DNA of 40,977 nucleotides from a virus (Duplodnaviria > Caudoviricetes), in IMG/VR virus record IMGVR_UViG_3300017544_000279, positions 1 through 40,977 of that record. One strand, written 5' to 3'. Both the position numbers and the translations under genes were made by a program. Below the pieces are notes generated by a model. The model had not been told where the DNA came from and made no database searches. It was given only the letters and a program-made list of their open reading frames with translations. This document shows positions 29,412-38,254 of this stretch, one piece after another (positions within the stretch are counted from its first letter, which is position 1; each line of letters starts with the position of its first letter).

Positions 29412-29505
29412 GGAAGATCTCCGATCGAACGGGGTGCCCGCCGACTTGCCGAGGGACAGTCACCATGCCTGAATATCCCAGTCGATTTTCGACCTGGAGG
29501 AAAAC

Positions 29506-29757
29506 ATGGACGACACAAGCATTGGCTGGATCGCCGCCATCATCATCGGCGGCATCGCCGGGTGGATCGCTTCGATGATCATGAAGAGCGACACCGGTAT
29601 CTTCCTGAACATCATCCTCGGCATCGTCGGCGCCGTCGTCGCCAGCTTCCTGTTCGGCCTGATCGGCGTCGGCTTCTCGGGCTGGCTCGGCTACCTCATC
29701 GCCGGACTTGTCGGCGCGTGCATCCTCATTGCCATCGGGCGAGCGGTCCGGCGCTAG
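29506..29757 (+). CDS. GlsB/YeaQ/YmgE (transglycosylase-associated) stress-response membrane protein
   Basis: IGWIAAIIIGGIAGWIASMIM..GIFLNIILGIVGAVV..LVGACILI; GGAGG RBS. Confidence 0.92.
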   Translation: MDDTSIGWIAAIIIGGIAGWIASMIMKSDTGIFLNIILGIVGAVVASFLFGLIGVGFSGWLGYLIAGLVGACILIAIGRAVRR

Positions 29758-29772
29758 CCGGGCGCGACCCTC

Positions 29773-29805
29773 AAAAGAAAAACCCGCCGGGGCGACCGGC
29801 GGGTT
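29773..29805 (-). terminator. Intrinsic terminator (possibly bidirectional) between convergent genes
   Basis: Perfect 10-bp stem AACCCGCCGG/CCGGCGGGTT with a T-rich tail on the minus strand. Confidence 0.8.
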
Positions 29806-29856
29806 CGTCTCATCCTTTTCAGCGTGACAGACCCTAAGTCAAGTTTCAGTCGCAGG

Positions 29857-30735
29857 TCAACCGCGCGCCGTTTTACGCAACAGCCACCCGCGATCCCACG
29901 CCGCGCCCGGCGCCAGCGCCAGAAGGTTGGGCAGGATGCGCGGCTCGCTCATCGCCGCCTCCTCCCAGGGCCGCGCCGGCCGCTGGCTCGGCAGCGCGTC
30001 GAAGCGCTCCAGCGTGCCATCGAGAACCGCAGCCAGATAGTCCAGCGCCGAATGCCAGACCTCATATTCGGCGCGCGCCAGCGCCGCCGGCAGCGGATCC
30101 GGGTCCAGGAACGTCTTGCGATAGGCCCCGGCGAATGGCCGCCGCCCCTTCGGGTCGAAGCCGTCGACCTCCTGCCGCATCGGCCCGTCCGAGGTCTCGA
30201 CGGTGATCGAGCGGAACCAGGCCGGCGCCCCCCGGCCGTTCAGGACGACCTTCCGCTCCGGCTGCTCGGCCTGCCAGCAAGGCGCGTCACCCAGGATGGC
30301 GTGCCGCGTGACGAGCGCGCCGGGGCCGACCTTCATCCGCCGCGCGCCCGAGGCATCAACCACCGTCACCTTGTCCAGCGCCCGCGCCAGAAGCGCCGGC
30401 AGCTCGGCCTCGATCCCTTCCATGTCGGCGAGCGGGTTCCAGCCCTCGGGAAGCTCCACCTCGATCTCGTCCAGCGCGGTCACAGCCTCGAACACCGCGA
30501 TCGCGTCCGGATCCGGCTCTTCCATCGCCATCAGGTCGGAGACGACGCCGAAGCGGTTGATGCCGTCGCAATCGATCAGCGTCAGATATTCGCCGAACTT
30601 CTCGACCGCCCGATGCGCCCGGCCGAAGCCGATGCCGGTCAGCGCCCGCGCCGCGCCGGCCTTCGGCAGCTCTTCCCGGAAGGTCCAGGCCAGCAGTTTC
30701 TCGATCTCGATCGGCTTCTTCGTCGGCTGATTCAT
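29857..30735 (-). CDS. Phage hypothetical protein at the late-regulator position
   Basis: 292-aa ORF with host-like codon usage between replication and packaging modules; no motif recognised. Confidence 0.65.
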   Translation of the reverse strand: MNQPTKKPIEIEKLLAWTFREELPKAGAARALTGIGFGRAHRAVEKFGEYLTLIDCDGINRFGVVSDLMAMEEPDPDAIAVFEAVTALDEIEVELPEGWNPLADMEGIEAELPALLARALDKVTVVDASGARRMKVGPGALVTRHAILGDAPCWQAEQPERKVVLNGRGAPAWFRSITVETSDGPMRQEVDGFDPKGRRPFAGAYRKTFLDPDPLPAALARAEYEVWHSALDYLAAVLDGTLERFDALPSQRPARPWEEAAMSEPRILPNLLALAPGAAWDRGWLLRKTARG

Positions 30736-30751
30736 GGGACGACACCCTGTT

Positions 30752-31072
30752 TGCGAAGGTTGCGAGGGTTTCGCGATAGTCCGAACCAAACTATCGCAGT
30801 CAATTAATCTATATGTTTCAATGAGTTGAATAGACTGTGCGAGGGTTGCGAGGGTTTTCTCGTGTGTTCATGAGAGTTTTCATTTGTCTTTTTCCGTCCC
30901 CCGTAACCCCGTTGATCATGCATACACGCGGAAAAACCCTCGCAACCCTCGCAGACGCCTACTAACCCGCTGATCCCGCTGGATAAAAGGGCTGCGAGGG
31001 TTGACCTCGAACACTCGCGAAACCCTCGCAAACCCTCGCGTTCCCGAACCCTTGCGAGGGTTCAGCGAGGGT
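30752..31072. repeat. Iteron-like direct and inverted repeats (TGCGAGGGTT); putative replication origin
   Basis: Eight perfect 10-mers at 30761, 30838, 30847, 30993, 31053 (forward) and 30935, 30944, 31021 (inverted), several variants, and an AT-rich patch at 30801-30835. Confidence 0.8.
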
Positions 31073-32921
31073 CCCAGTCGTCCTCATAGGGGTTGCGGGG
31101 CGCGCCGGGCCGGTCGGGCACGTCGTGCAGGCGACAGTCGAGATAGTGGCGGATGCGCCCGTCATCCCGGCGGTAGCGCATTTTCATGACGCGGCCGAAG
31201 CGCGTCTCCTTGAACGGCGTCTTGGCGTTCGCCTCCGACCAGGCGACATAGGCGTGATACATCTCCCGCGCCGTGACGCTCTGCCCGGCCGCCACCTCGA
31301 CGCAGTCCTGCGCGAAGAGCCCGATCGGGTCCATCTCGTCGCGATAGTCCTTCGTCGCGGCCTTGACCTCGTCGGGCAGCACCAGGCCCTCGGTCAGATA
31401 CCGACACGCCCCCTCGATCAGCCAGTTCAGGATCCCCGGATATTCCGGCGCGAAGTCGGCGAGCACATCCTCGATGTTGCGCTGCCGCTCCTCGGCCAGC
31501 GTCACCGGCCAGTGGATGACCACCATGCGCCGCCAGATGCCGTTGTCCGTGCCGTCGATGCGCGGATAGCCATTGCCGGGCATGTGGCCGGAGAAGACCG
31601 GCGTGAACTCGTAATAGCCCTTGAACAGCGAGCGGACGGGGATGCTCTCGCCGCCGGTCAGCTTCTTCAGCATTTCCTCCTGCAGCGGCTTGTCGGCCGG
31701 CAATTCGAGGATGCGCAGCGTGCGCACACCGAAGAGCCGGGCGAGATCCGGGCTCGCCTGCCCCGCCCCGCGCTCGCCCGTTCCGGTGATGGATTCGGCC
31801 GGCAGGCCGACGGCGAGCGGCCCGAGCACGCGCATCAGCGTCTCCATGAACACGCTCTTGCCATTGGCCCCAAAGCCGTAGTGAAACAGGATCTTCTGCA
31901 CGGTCAGGCCCGTCAGCCCGAGCCCGGAGAAGGTCTGCACCAGCCGCCGCACCGGCTCGACGGGCAGGAATTCCGCGAGGAAGGCATCCCATTTCGGGCA
32001 GGTCGCGTCGGGGTCGTAATCGACCGGCACCAGCTTGGTGATCAGATCCTCGCGCCGGTGCCAGGGCTCCGCCTCGCACCAGCCGATCGTCGGCCGGCTG
32101 CCATCCTCGCGCGGATCTTCCTGGACGCGCTCGGGATCGAGGATCCGGCTGAAGGCGAGCGTGTGGCCGCGCGTCGCGAATTTGAGCGGGTCGCGGTTGA
32201 ATGCTTCCGGGTCGCGCTGGATATGCGGCGCCGCGCAGGCGAGCATCGCCTCGAGCCGCGCCTTGTTCTTGGAGGAGACGGCGAATTTCCGTCGCGCAAT
32301 CTGGCGCTTCTCGACCGCCTGTTCCGCCGCCAGCCCGTCCTCGACCTCCCTGCGCAACAGGCGCATCCGCGCCTTGTCGGCGTCGGTCGGCTCCTTCTTC
32401 GCCTCCAGCCGGTCGAGCTCGTCAAAGGCCCTGTCGCCGCGCTCGATCGCCATCTTCTCGGAGATCGTCGCGGTGATATGGTCGGCCTCGAGCGAGATCC
32501 GCCCGCCGACCTGCTGCGAGAGCGCCAGCGCGGCCGGCCCGCCGCCATCGATATCCCAATGCGTGCCCGCCCAGGTGACGAAGGCCGGCCGCTGTGCGTC
32601 CGCCTGGCGGAGCACGAGCAGGTCCTTCCCGAAATGCGCGATCAGCCGCTTGCCATTGTCGGTGTCGGAATGGTCGAGCGCGGCGCAGGCCTCGACGGCG
32701 CCCATGTCGACATCGGATTTCGGCGGCTTGTCGGAAGGCCCGGCCTCGTCGCCGTCATAGTCGCCGGGAAACCCGTCACCGACATTGGATTCGACATCGC
32801 CGCTGTCCGCGAGGGTCGCGCGGGTCGGTTCCTCGAATTCGGGGGCTGCGGGGCGCGCGTCATCCACCACCTCGGCGCCGTCGATGAGCGCGGCGATCGT
32901 TTGTCTGGGATCGTCCATCAT
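31062..32921 (-). CDS. P4/D5-family primase-associated SF3 helicase
   Basis: SDTDNGKRL, ITKLVPVDYDPDATCPKW..FL, Walker A YGFGANGKS, KKLTGGE, DGTDNGIWRR. Confidence 0.92.
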   Translation of the reverse strand: MMDDPRQTIAALIDGAEVVDDARPAAPEFEEPTRATLADSGDVESNVGDGFPGDYDGDEAGPSDKPPKSDVDMGAVEACAALDHSDTDNGKRLIAHFGKDLLVLRQADAQRPAFVTWAGTHWDIDGGGPAALALSQQVGGRISLEADHITATISEKMAIERGDRAFDELDRLEAKKEPTDADKARMRLLRREVEDGLAAEQAVEKRQIARRKFAVSSKNKARLEAMLACAAPHIQRDPEAFNRDPLKFATRGHTLAFSRILDPERVQEDPREDGSRPTIGWCEAEPWHRREDLITKLVPVDYDPDATCPKWDAFLAEFLPVEPVRRLVQTFSGLGLTGLTVQKILFHYGFGANGKSVFMETLMRVLGPLAVGLPAESITGTGERGAGQASPDLARLFGVRTLRILELPADKPLQEEMLKKLTGGESIPVRSLFKGYYEFTPVFSGHMPGNGYPRIDGTDNGIWRRMVVIHWPVTLAEERQRNIEDVLADFAPEYPGILNWLIEGACRYLTEGLVLPDEVKAATKDYRDEMDPIGLFAQDCVEVAAGQSVTAREMYHAYVAWSEANAKTPFKETRFGRVMKMRYRRDDGRIRHYLDCRLHDVPDRPGAPRNPYEDDWDPR

Positions 32922-33160
32922 TTCCCCGCCGGCAGCCGGATTGCGTCGCCCCGGCCAAATGGCCGGCCGCAAAATTCTTCAGTTTCCGGAATCGATCGAT
33001 CTACTCCGGGATATTCGCGCGCCATGAGCCGCCACCACTCCTCGCTGGCGAGGCAGAGCCATGACGCCTGCGCGAATTGCCAAGAGGCTGAATAGCGGTC
33101 CCTACCGATTGAGTTCGATGCGCAGCAGAGCAGCGCGAGACAAAGAGCGAGCGACCGCAT
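32918..33160 (-). CDS. Small Cys-rich hypothetical protein with hydrophobic N-terminus
   Basis: Overlaps the primase stop and the helicase start; MRSLALCLALLCC N-terminus. Confidence 0.45.
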   Translation of the reverse strand: MRSLALCLALLCCASNSIGRDRYSASWQFAQASWLCLASEEWWRLMAREYPGVDRSIPETEEFCGRPFGRGDAIRLPAGK

Positions 33161-34350
33161 CACGCCCCCCTCAGCACATCATTGAAATCCCGCCCCTCGG
33201 GCGCCCACGCGATACGGATCACGCGGCCCGGCCGCGCCCAGCGCGCCGCGGCGCGCTTCAGCGTCATCTCGGTCGTGAAGCGGTCGCTGTCGCCATCGCC
33301 GAGCAGGATGATCTCGTCCGTCCGCTCCGGCGGCATCAGCGCCGGATGCGCGGCGTCGTCGATCGGCACAGGCCCGGCCACACGCCGTGCCCGCCTCGCG
33401 CCACGCTTATCGATCGAGAAATCGGTCGGATGCGGGATCGTCTCGCTCGCCGGCCCGCCAAGATTGCCGAGATCGGCCGACGACCAGTAGAGCGTCTCCG
33501 AGATGTCGCGCCCGGTCTCGAGCTCCGACTGCCGGACGGAAAGAACCGTCTCGATCCCCTCGCCGATGACGAGCCGGCGCGGCAGGCAGCCACCGCGCGA
33601 GAGCGGGATATGCCCGCCCCGCTTCGAACCGCGGATCTTCTTCGAAGGCAGCGCCTCGCCTGTATCCGGATCGATCAGCGCCATCTTCGTGCCTGTCGCC
33701 GGGTCGAGCCAGGTCAGATGCGCGCCGGCGAAGCGGCCATTCGGGCCGACGATCGCGGCCACCATCGCCGGGCCGTAGTGGATCGCCTTTTTCGGCACGC
33801 CGTCAGCGCCATGGAAATAGCCGAGCCGCTCGATATGGCGGATCGAGGCGCCGGCGAAATCGGAAATCCCGCGCCGGGCGAGATAGTCATGAGTCGCCGT
33901 GCCCGGCCGCGCGGGCATCGCGCCCTGCCAGAGATCCCACATCCGCGCCCGCTCGCGCTCGCGATAAAGATTGGCCTCCGCCTCCCGCCGCGCGGCCGCG
34001 GCGCGCCGCTCGGCCTCGCGCCGGGCGAGTTCGGCGATATCGGGTCCGGCCGCCTCGCCCTTCGGCGGCTGGCGTCCGGTCAGCGTCGCGCAGGCCGAAA
34101 GGAAGTCGCAGGCGTCGACATACTGCACGAGCGCGATCACGTCGCCGCCAGCGCGCGACGCGCGGCAATGGAAGATCCCCTTGGCGCGATGGATCGAGAA
34201 TCGGTCCCGCCCGCCGCAGGCCGGGCAAGGCCCGACGAGCTCGGCGCCGGCGCGGCGCAGCCTCCAGCCCCGCCGCTCCGCCTCCTCGACGATCGGCACG
34301 GCCCGCGCCTCCTCGACGAAAGCGCGCATGGCGGCGGAGATCTCGGTCAT
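33160..34350 (-). CDS. Zinc-finger + TOPRIM primase
   Basis: GPCPACGGRDRF..FHCR zinc finger, GEGIET and LLGDGD TOPRIM motifs, GRDFND; ATG at 34350 overlaps the MTase stop. Confidence 0.88.
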   Translation of the reverse strand: MTEISAAMRAFVEEARAVPIVEEAERRGWRLRRAGAELVGPCPACGGRDRFSIHRAKGIFHCRASRAGGDVIALVQYVDACDFLSACATLTGRQPPKGEAAGPDIAELARREAERRAAAARREAEANLYRERERARMWDLWQGAMPARPGTATHDYLARRGISDFAGASIRHIERLGYFHGADGVPKKAIHYGPAMVAAIVGPNGRFAGAHLTWLDPATGTKMALIDPDTGEALPSKKIRGSKRGGHIPLSRGGCLPRRLVIGEGIETVLSVRQSELETGRDISETLYWSSADLGNLGGPASETIPHPTDFSIDKRGARRARRVAGPVPIDDAAHPALMPPERTDEIILLGDGDSDRFTTEMTLKRAAARWARPGRVIRIAWAPEGRDFNDVLRGA

Positions 34351-36266
34351 TCCGCTGCCTCGACGAATAAAGGCCCCCCATCGGCCAGGTCGGCCTCGTC
34401 CACATCCTCGACGGCGTAGTTCGCGGCGACGAGCGCGGCCGCCATGGGCGGGCAGACGGAGTTGCCGCACATGCGGTTCTGCGACGTCTTGGTCATCGGC
34501 TTGCCGTCGGCGCCGCGATCGATGATGTAGCTGTCGGGGAACCCTTGGGCGCGGAACAGTTCGCGCGGCGACAGCATGCGCATGCCGATGTCGACGATCA
34601 CGTAGGGCTCGCCCTCGATCTCGACCGTCACCAAGCCAAAGCGTGGCTTCGCTGTGGCCGTGTGCAGCGGTTCGTCGACCGGCTGGCCGTCCTCGGTCGA
34701 GCCGTAATATTTCGCGATGAAGGCGCGAACCTCCGCGACATGGCCGCCGCCGGCGCAGATGGTCGGCGCGGGCTCGGCGATCTCGGCGTCCCGGCGATCG
34801 CTGCCCTTCAGGTTCAGGATTCCGGCCGAGACGACGGCCTGCGTGCTGGCCTGCTGCACGATCGTCGACAGCGGCTCGCGGGCATCGTGTCCTACGACGC
34901 CGGTGTTGTGCTGTGCGAGAAACGCGGCGACAAGCGCCGTCTTGCCGCCGCCGCCAGCTGTGATCGTACCGACTGGGGCGTCGGTTGCGCTGCCAATCGA
35001 GGCCCCGAACTGGCGGGAGAGATGGACCGCCGCGAGGCTGCCTTGGTTGCCATCCGGAACGACGGTCCCGATTGGCCCATCGGCGGGCATGGTGCGCGGC
35101 TCCTGTCCGTCCCGCTCGCCATAGCGAGGGACGAGATAGGGCGCGACGAGGCAGTTCTGATCTTTCGGCGAAGCCGTGATCGTGTGTAGCGGCGCCTCCG
35201 GAGACCGGACGGCGCCGCCCTGCTGTGCATAGGACAGCACCGGAGCGACAAGCGCGGCCTCGCCCCGATGCGCGGCTGTTACCGTGCGGGCGGGTTCCTC
35301 GAGGGAGTGCGTGCGGTCGCCGCCCTGATGGGTGAGTGGAGCGGTGAACGGGGTTACCAAGCCGAGCGGGACAGCGCCGCCCGGACGCTTGATGAAGCTG
35401 TTCGCCGTGACGGTGGCCAGCGGCTCGTCGATCGAGCGGCCGACCTGGTCGTGTCGGAAAGCGACGACGAAGGGCTTGACCGCCTCGAGCACATAGCGCT
35501 GCACGCCCTTGGCGATCCGCGCCATGGTGGCTTCGGCCAGCGGGCGCTTCGCTCCGACGGCGCGGGCCTCCTCCCGCGTCAGGAAGATCGACGGGCAGGG
35601 CAGCGACCAATCGATGATCTCGGCCGCCGTCCGCCAAGGCAGCAGACGTCCAGCCTTCACGGCTTCGGACTTCGGATCTGCATGCGTCGGTTGCGGCCAG
35701 ACGATCGGCCGGCCGTCGCGGCGCGCGATCAGGAAAAGCCGCTTGCGGATGGTCGGCGCGCCATAGTCGCAGGCGCGCAGCTCGCGCCATTCGACCTTGT
35801 AGCCGAGCTTGCGCAGCTCGCCCGTCCACTTGCGGAACGTCTCGCCCTTGCGAACCGGGCACGGCATGCCGTCCTCGAGCAGCGGCCCCCAGCCCTGAAA
35901 CTCCTCGACGTTCTCGAGGATGATCACGCGCGGCTTCACCTGACGCGCCCAGCGGACGACGACCCAGGCTAGATCCCGGATGTTCCGCGCCACCGGCTTG
36001 CCGCCCTTGGCCTTGGAGAAGTGCTTGCAGTCGGGCGAGGCCCAGAGCAGGCCGACCGGGCGGCCGGCCGTCACCGCGTGCGGATCGACCTTCCAGACAT
36101 TGTGCGGCAGATGCAGCGTGTCCGGATGGTTCGCCGCGTGCATGGAGAGCGCCTCAGCGTCGTGGTTGATCGCGATGTCGGGCGAGCGTCCGAGCGCGAT
36201 CTCGATACCGGTGGACGCGCCGCCGCCTCCGGCGAAGCTGTCGACGATGATCTCGTGAATGATCAA
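34347..36266 (-). CDS. DNA (cytosine-5)-methyltransferase with repeat-expanded variable region
   Basis: DSFAGGGG (motif I), ASPDC (catalytic Cys), ENV, R.RLF, RML..RE, GNSV. Confidence 0.92.
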   Translation of the reverse strand: MIIHEIIVDSFAGGGGASTGIEIALGRSPDIAINHDAEALSMHAANHPDTLHLPHNVWKVDPHAVTAGRPVGLLWASPDCKHFSKAKGGKPVARNIRDLAWVVVRWARQVKPRVIILENVEEFQGWGPLLEDGMPCPVRKGETFRKWTGELRKLGYKVEWRELRACDYGAPTIRKRLFLIARRDGRPIVWPQPTHADPKSEAVKAGRLLPWRTAAEIIDWSLPCPSIFLTREEARAVGAKRPLAEATMARIAKGVQRYVLEAVKPFVVAFRHDQVGRSIDEPLATVTANSFIKRPGGAVPLGLVTPFTAPLTHQGGDRTHSLEEPARTVTAAHRGEAALVAPVLSYAQQGGAVRSPEAPLHTITASPKDQNCLVAPYLVPRYGERDGQEPRTMPADGPIGTVVPDGNQGSLAAVHLSRQFGASIGSATDAPVGTITAGGGGKTALVAAFLAQHNTGVVGHDAREPLSTIVQQASTQAVVSAGILNLKGSDRRDAEIAEPAPTICAGGGHVAEVRAFIAKYYGSTEDGQPVDEPLHTATAKPRFGLVTVEIEGEPYVIVDIGMRMLSPRELFRAQGFPDSYIIDRGADGKPMTKTSQNRMCGNSVCPPMAAALVAANYAVEDVDEADLADGGPLFVEAAE

Positions 36267-36820
36267 CCCCGCCCCTCACCCGCGCCGATCCGCTCCGCAT
36301 GCAGCGCGGCTGCCTTGTGGATCGCGGTCGCGTGCTTGCCGAAGTGGAGACCGAGCGCGCGGTAGTTGCGGCAGGCCTCGTGATAGCAGCGATACATCGC
36401 CTCGCTATTGGCGTGCTGGGCCCGCTGCTCGATCGAACCTTTCGCGGCGCGGCGGGGCGGCGCGAGCATGAGATCGACCGGCACTTGATGCCGGGCCGCG
36501 ACTTCGGCGACGACAGCGAGGATCGCCGGTTGCGCCTTCTCAACCGCGCGCCGGATGGCCACCTCCGGATCGCCAGCCGCGGCCGGCTCTGGCAAGACAG
36601 CCGGTGAGGCTGCGGCCATGACCCTTGCCGGCCGACCCGCGGCCTCGCGGATGTCGCGCCGGATCCGCCGCGCCTCGGCCGAACAACCCGGTTCCGGCGC
36701 CCGGTCGCCATGGTGATGCAGCAAGGCGGCCAGGGCGCGCCGGTTGGCGAGGATCTTCGCCGCGCGAACCTGCGCCGCGGTCATCTCGATCGAGACGTCG
36801 GAGAGCTGGCTAAACATCAA
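36263..36820 (-). CDS. Hypothetical protein with DnaA C-terminal-like HTH
   Basis: ILAVVAEVAARHQVPVDLML..R..AMY..YRALGLHFGKHATAIHKA resembles DnaA domain IV. Confidence 0.55.
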   Translation of the reverse strand: MMFSQLSDVSIEMTAAQVRAAKILANRRALAALLHHHGDRAPEPGCSAEARRIRRDIREAAGRPARVMAAASPAVLPEPAAAGDPEVAIRRAVEKAQPAILAVVAEVAARHQVPVDLMLAPPRRAAKGSIEQRAQHANSEAMYRCYHEACRNYRALGLHFGKHATAIHKAAALHAERIGAGEGRG

Positions 36821-37092
36821 AACGGCCCCTTCCGGCTCAGCGTGTCGTCCGCCTTCCAGGACGCGGCGAGCGCCGCCACGCCGAAAAAGGCGCCGCCGGT
36901 GGCGGCGATTGCGACGGCGAGGCGCCAGGGCTCGACGCCCGGCATGACGGCCGGCGGCAAGAGCATGAACAGGCAGGCGGCGAGATAGACGATCAGGAGA
37001 ACGGCCAGGCCAAGAACGGCGCCGACGATGGCCGCTGTCACCACAACGGCGAGCCCGGTGGCGACATCGGCGAAGATGCGAAAGGCGTTCAT
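36817..37092 (-). CDS. Hypothetical membrane protein
   Basis: Long hydrophobic stretches; overlaps both neighbours. Confidence 0.6.
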   Translation of the reverse strand: MNAFRIFADVATGLAVVVTAAIVGAVLGLAVLLIVYLAACLFMLLPPAVMPGVEPWRLAVAIAATGGAFFGVAALAASWKADDTLSRKGPF

Positions 37093-37340
37093 GCGACCTC
37101 CCTGTCGAACTTGCGGCTCGCCGCGCGGATCTCGGGCGCCAGCCCGGCGAAAAGCCCGCCCTCGGTGAGCGCGGCGACGCGCTCGCGGCGGATGCCGAGG
37201 GCGGCGGAAATGGTGGAGGCGGGAATCCCGGCGCGGTGCATGCCGATCGCGGCGAGCCGTCTCCAGCGCCGCTCCGGCGTGACGACGACGACGCGGAGGA
37301 TCGCGCCGCGCTGGCTGCGAAGGGCGAGGATCGAGATCAA
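37089..37340 (-). CDS. Small hypothetical protein (possible HTH)
   Basis: AGIPASTISAALGIRRERV; overlaps both neighbours. Confidence 0.5.
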   Translation of the reverse strand: MISILALRSQRGAILRVVVVTPERRWRRLAAIGMHRAGIPASTISAALGIRRERVAALTEGGLFAGLAPEIRAASRKFDREVA

Positions 37341-37810
37341 CGCCCGCCTCCCGCGACCACGGCGAGCTTGCCCTTCGTCCGGTCGAGCCGGCGCTCCAGC
37401 CCGCCGATTTCGGCCATGACGTCCTTCGCCTCGGCCGGCGTCACCTTGTTGTCGGCGAGCGCGGCGCCGAGCGCGGAGGAAACCCGCGCGCCGGCTTGCG
37501 TCACGCCGACGAGGTCGGAGACGAGATTGCCGGGATCGTCGTCATCCGCCCCGATCGGCACCACCTGGTGCTGCGTCAGCGTCGCGAAGAGGCGGGCATA
37601 GATCGGCTTCTGCGCCTTGAACTCGAGCAGCGCCGCCACCCAGCTCGGAAACAGGTCGGGATAGGCGTCGCCCTGGCAGCGCGAGATCTGGCCGTCCGAC
37701 AATCCGGTCAACGCCTTGACGCCGGCCGGGCCGCCATTGGCCAGCACCAGCTCGCGGTTCGCGGCCTTGATCAGGGTCATCAGACCGGCAGGCAAAGAGG
37801 TGGCGTCCAC
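37337..37810 (-). CDS. CII-like phage regulatory protein
   Basis: IKAANRELV..GG HTH-like start, AALADNKVTPAEA C-terminus; position downstream of the cro slot. Confidence 0.65.
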   Translation of the reverse strand: MDATSLPAGLMTLIKAANRELVLANGGPAGVKALTGLSDGQISRCQGDAYPDLFPSWVAALLEFKAQKPIYARLFATLTQHQVVPIGADDDDPGNLVSDLVGVTQAGARVSSALGAALADNKVTPAEAKDVMAEIGGLERRLDRTKGKLAVVAGGGR

Positions 37811-37875
37811 GAAAAAAGCTCCTGTGCTTTTTCGGTGCGAAAACGGGGCGGGCGTGGGATTTTCAGGCCATCAGA

Positions 37876-38163
37876 TCACGGGGGACCGCGCAGATGACGA
37901 ACCAGGTTGAACAGGCCAAACGCATCGCCGCCGCGCGGCGAATGTTGCAGCGGGCCATGGGCCGGCTGGTGGCTGGTCAGGCGACTCATGACGCCACCTC
38001 GGGAGAAGGTGCCTCCGGCGCCCGGGGGGAAGAGCAACCGGAGGCGGGCGCCGGGGAGGAAGTCGGCGCGGGATCGGATCGGGACTCGCATGCATGTGCC
38101 ACGAGCTTTCATGGGCGAATGCTCGATGCGCCAAGCGAGAAATGAGGTGCGAAAACTAGACAT
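37876..38163 (-). other. ORF in the cro position lacking a recognisable HTH (possibly degenerate cro)
   Basis: ATG at 38163 just downstream of a TTGACA-N18-CATAGT promoter overlapped by operators. Confidence 0.35.
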
Positions 38164-38173
38164 CCTGACCGCG

Positions 38174-38203
38174 ACTATGCGGGATATGTCCCGCACCTGT
38201 CAA
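38174..38203 (-). promoter_or_regulatory. Putative PR-like lytic promoter
   Basis: -35 TTGACA (38203-38198) and -10 CATAGT (38179-38174), 18-nt spacer occupied by an operator. Confidence 0.6.
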
Positions 38204-38254
38204 CGGGACATATCCCGCTGTCGGGAACGTCTCCGTGCGGGAATAATCCCGCAC
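38178..38254. promoter_or_regulatory. Repressor operator array, consensus GCGGGA-N4-TCCCGC
   Basis: TGCGGGATATGTCCCGCA (38178-38195), CGGGACATATCCCG (38204-38217), degenerate CGGGAACGTCTCCG (38222-38235), GTGCGGGAATAATCCCGCAC (38235-38254). Confidence 0.85.

Noticed and set aside
30752-31072. CRISPR array
   Set aside because: Repeats are only 10 bp, in both orientations and irregularly spaced; no cas genes
33160-35862. 900-aa ORF in the supplied track
   Set aside because: The first ~500 residues are an out-of-frame shadow of the methyltransferase; the real primase starts at ATG 34350
3586-35972. Many long + strand ORFs (e.g. 10027-11760, 15539-17239, 25650-27485, 31125-33095)
   Set aside because: Antisense shadows of GC-rich minus-strand genes; Arg/Ala-rich with no motifs
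37907-38254. N-terminal extension of the cI ORF (317 aa)
   Set aside because: It runs through the operator and promoter region; the HTH begins after ATG 38255
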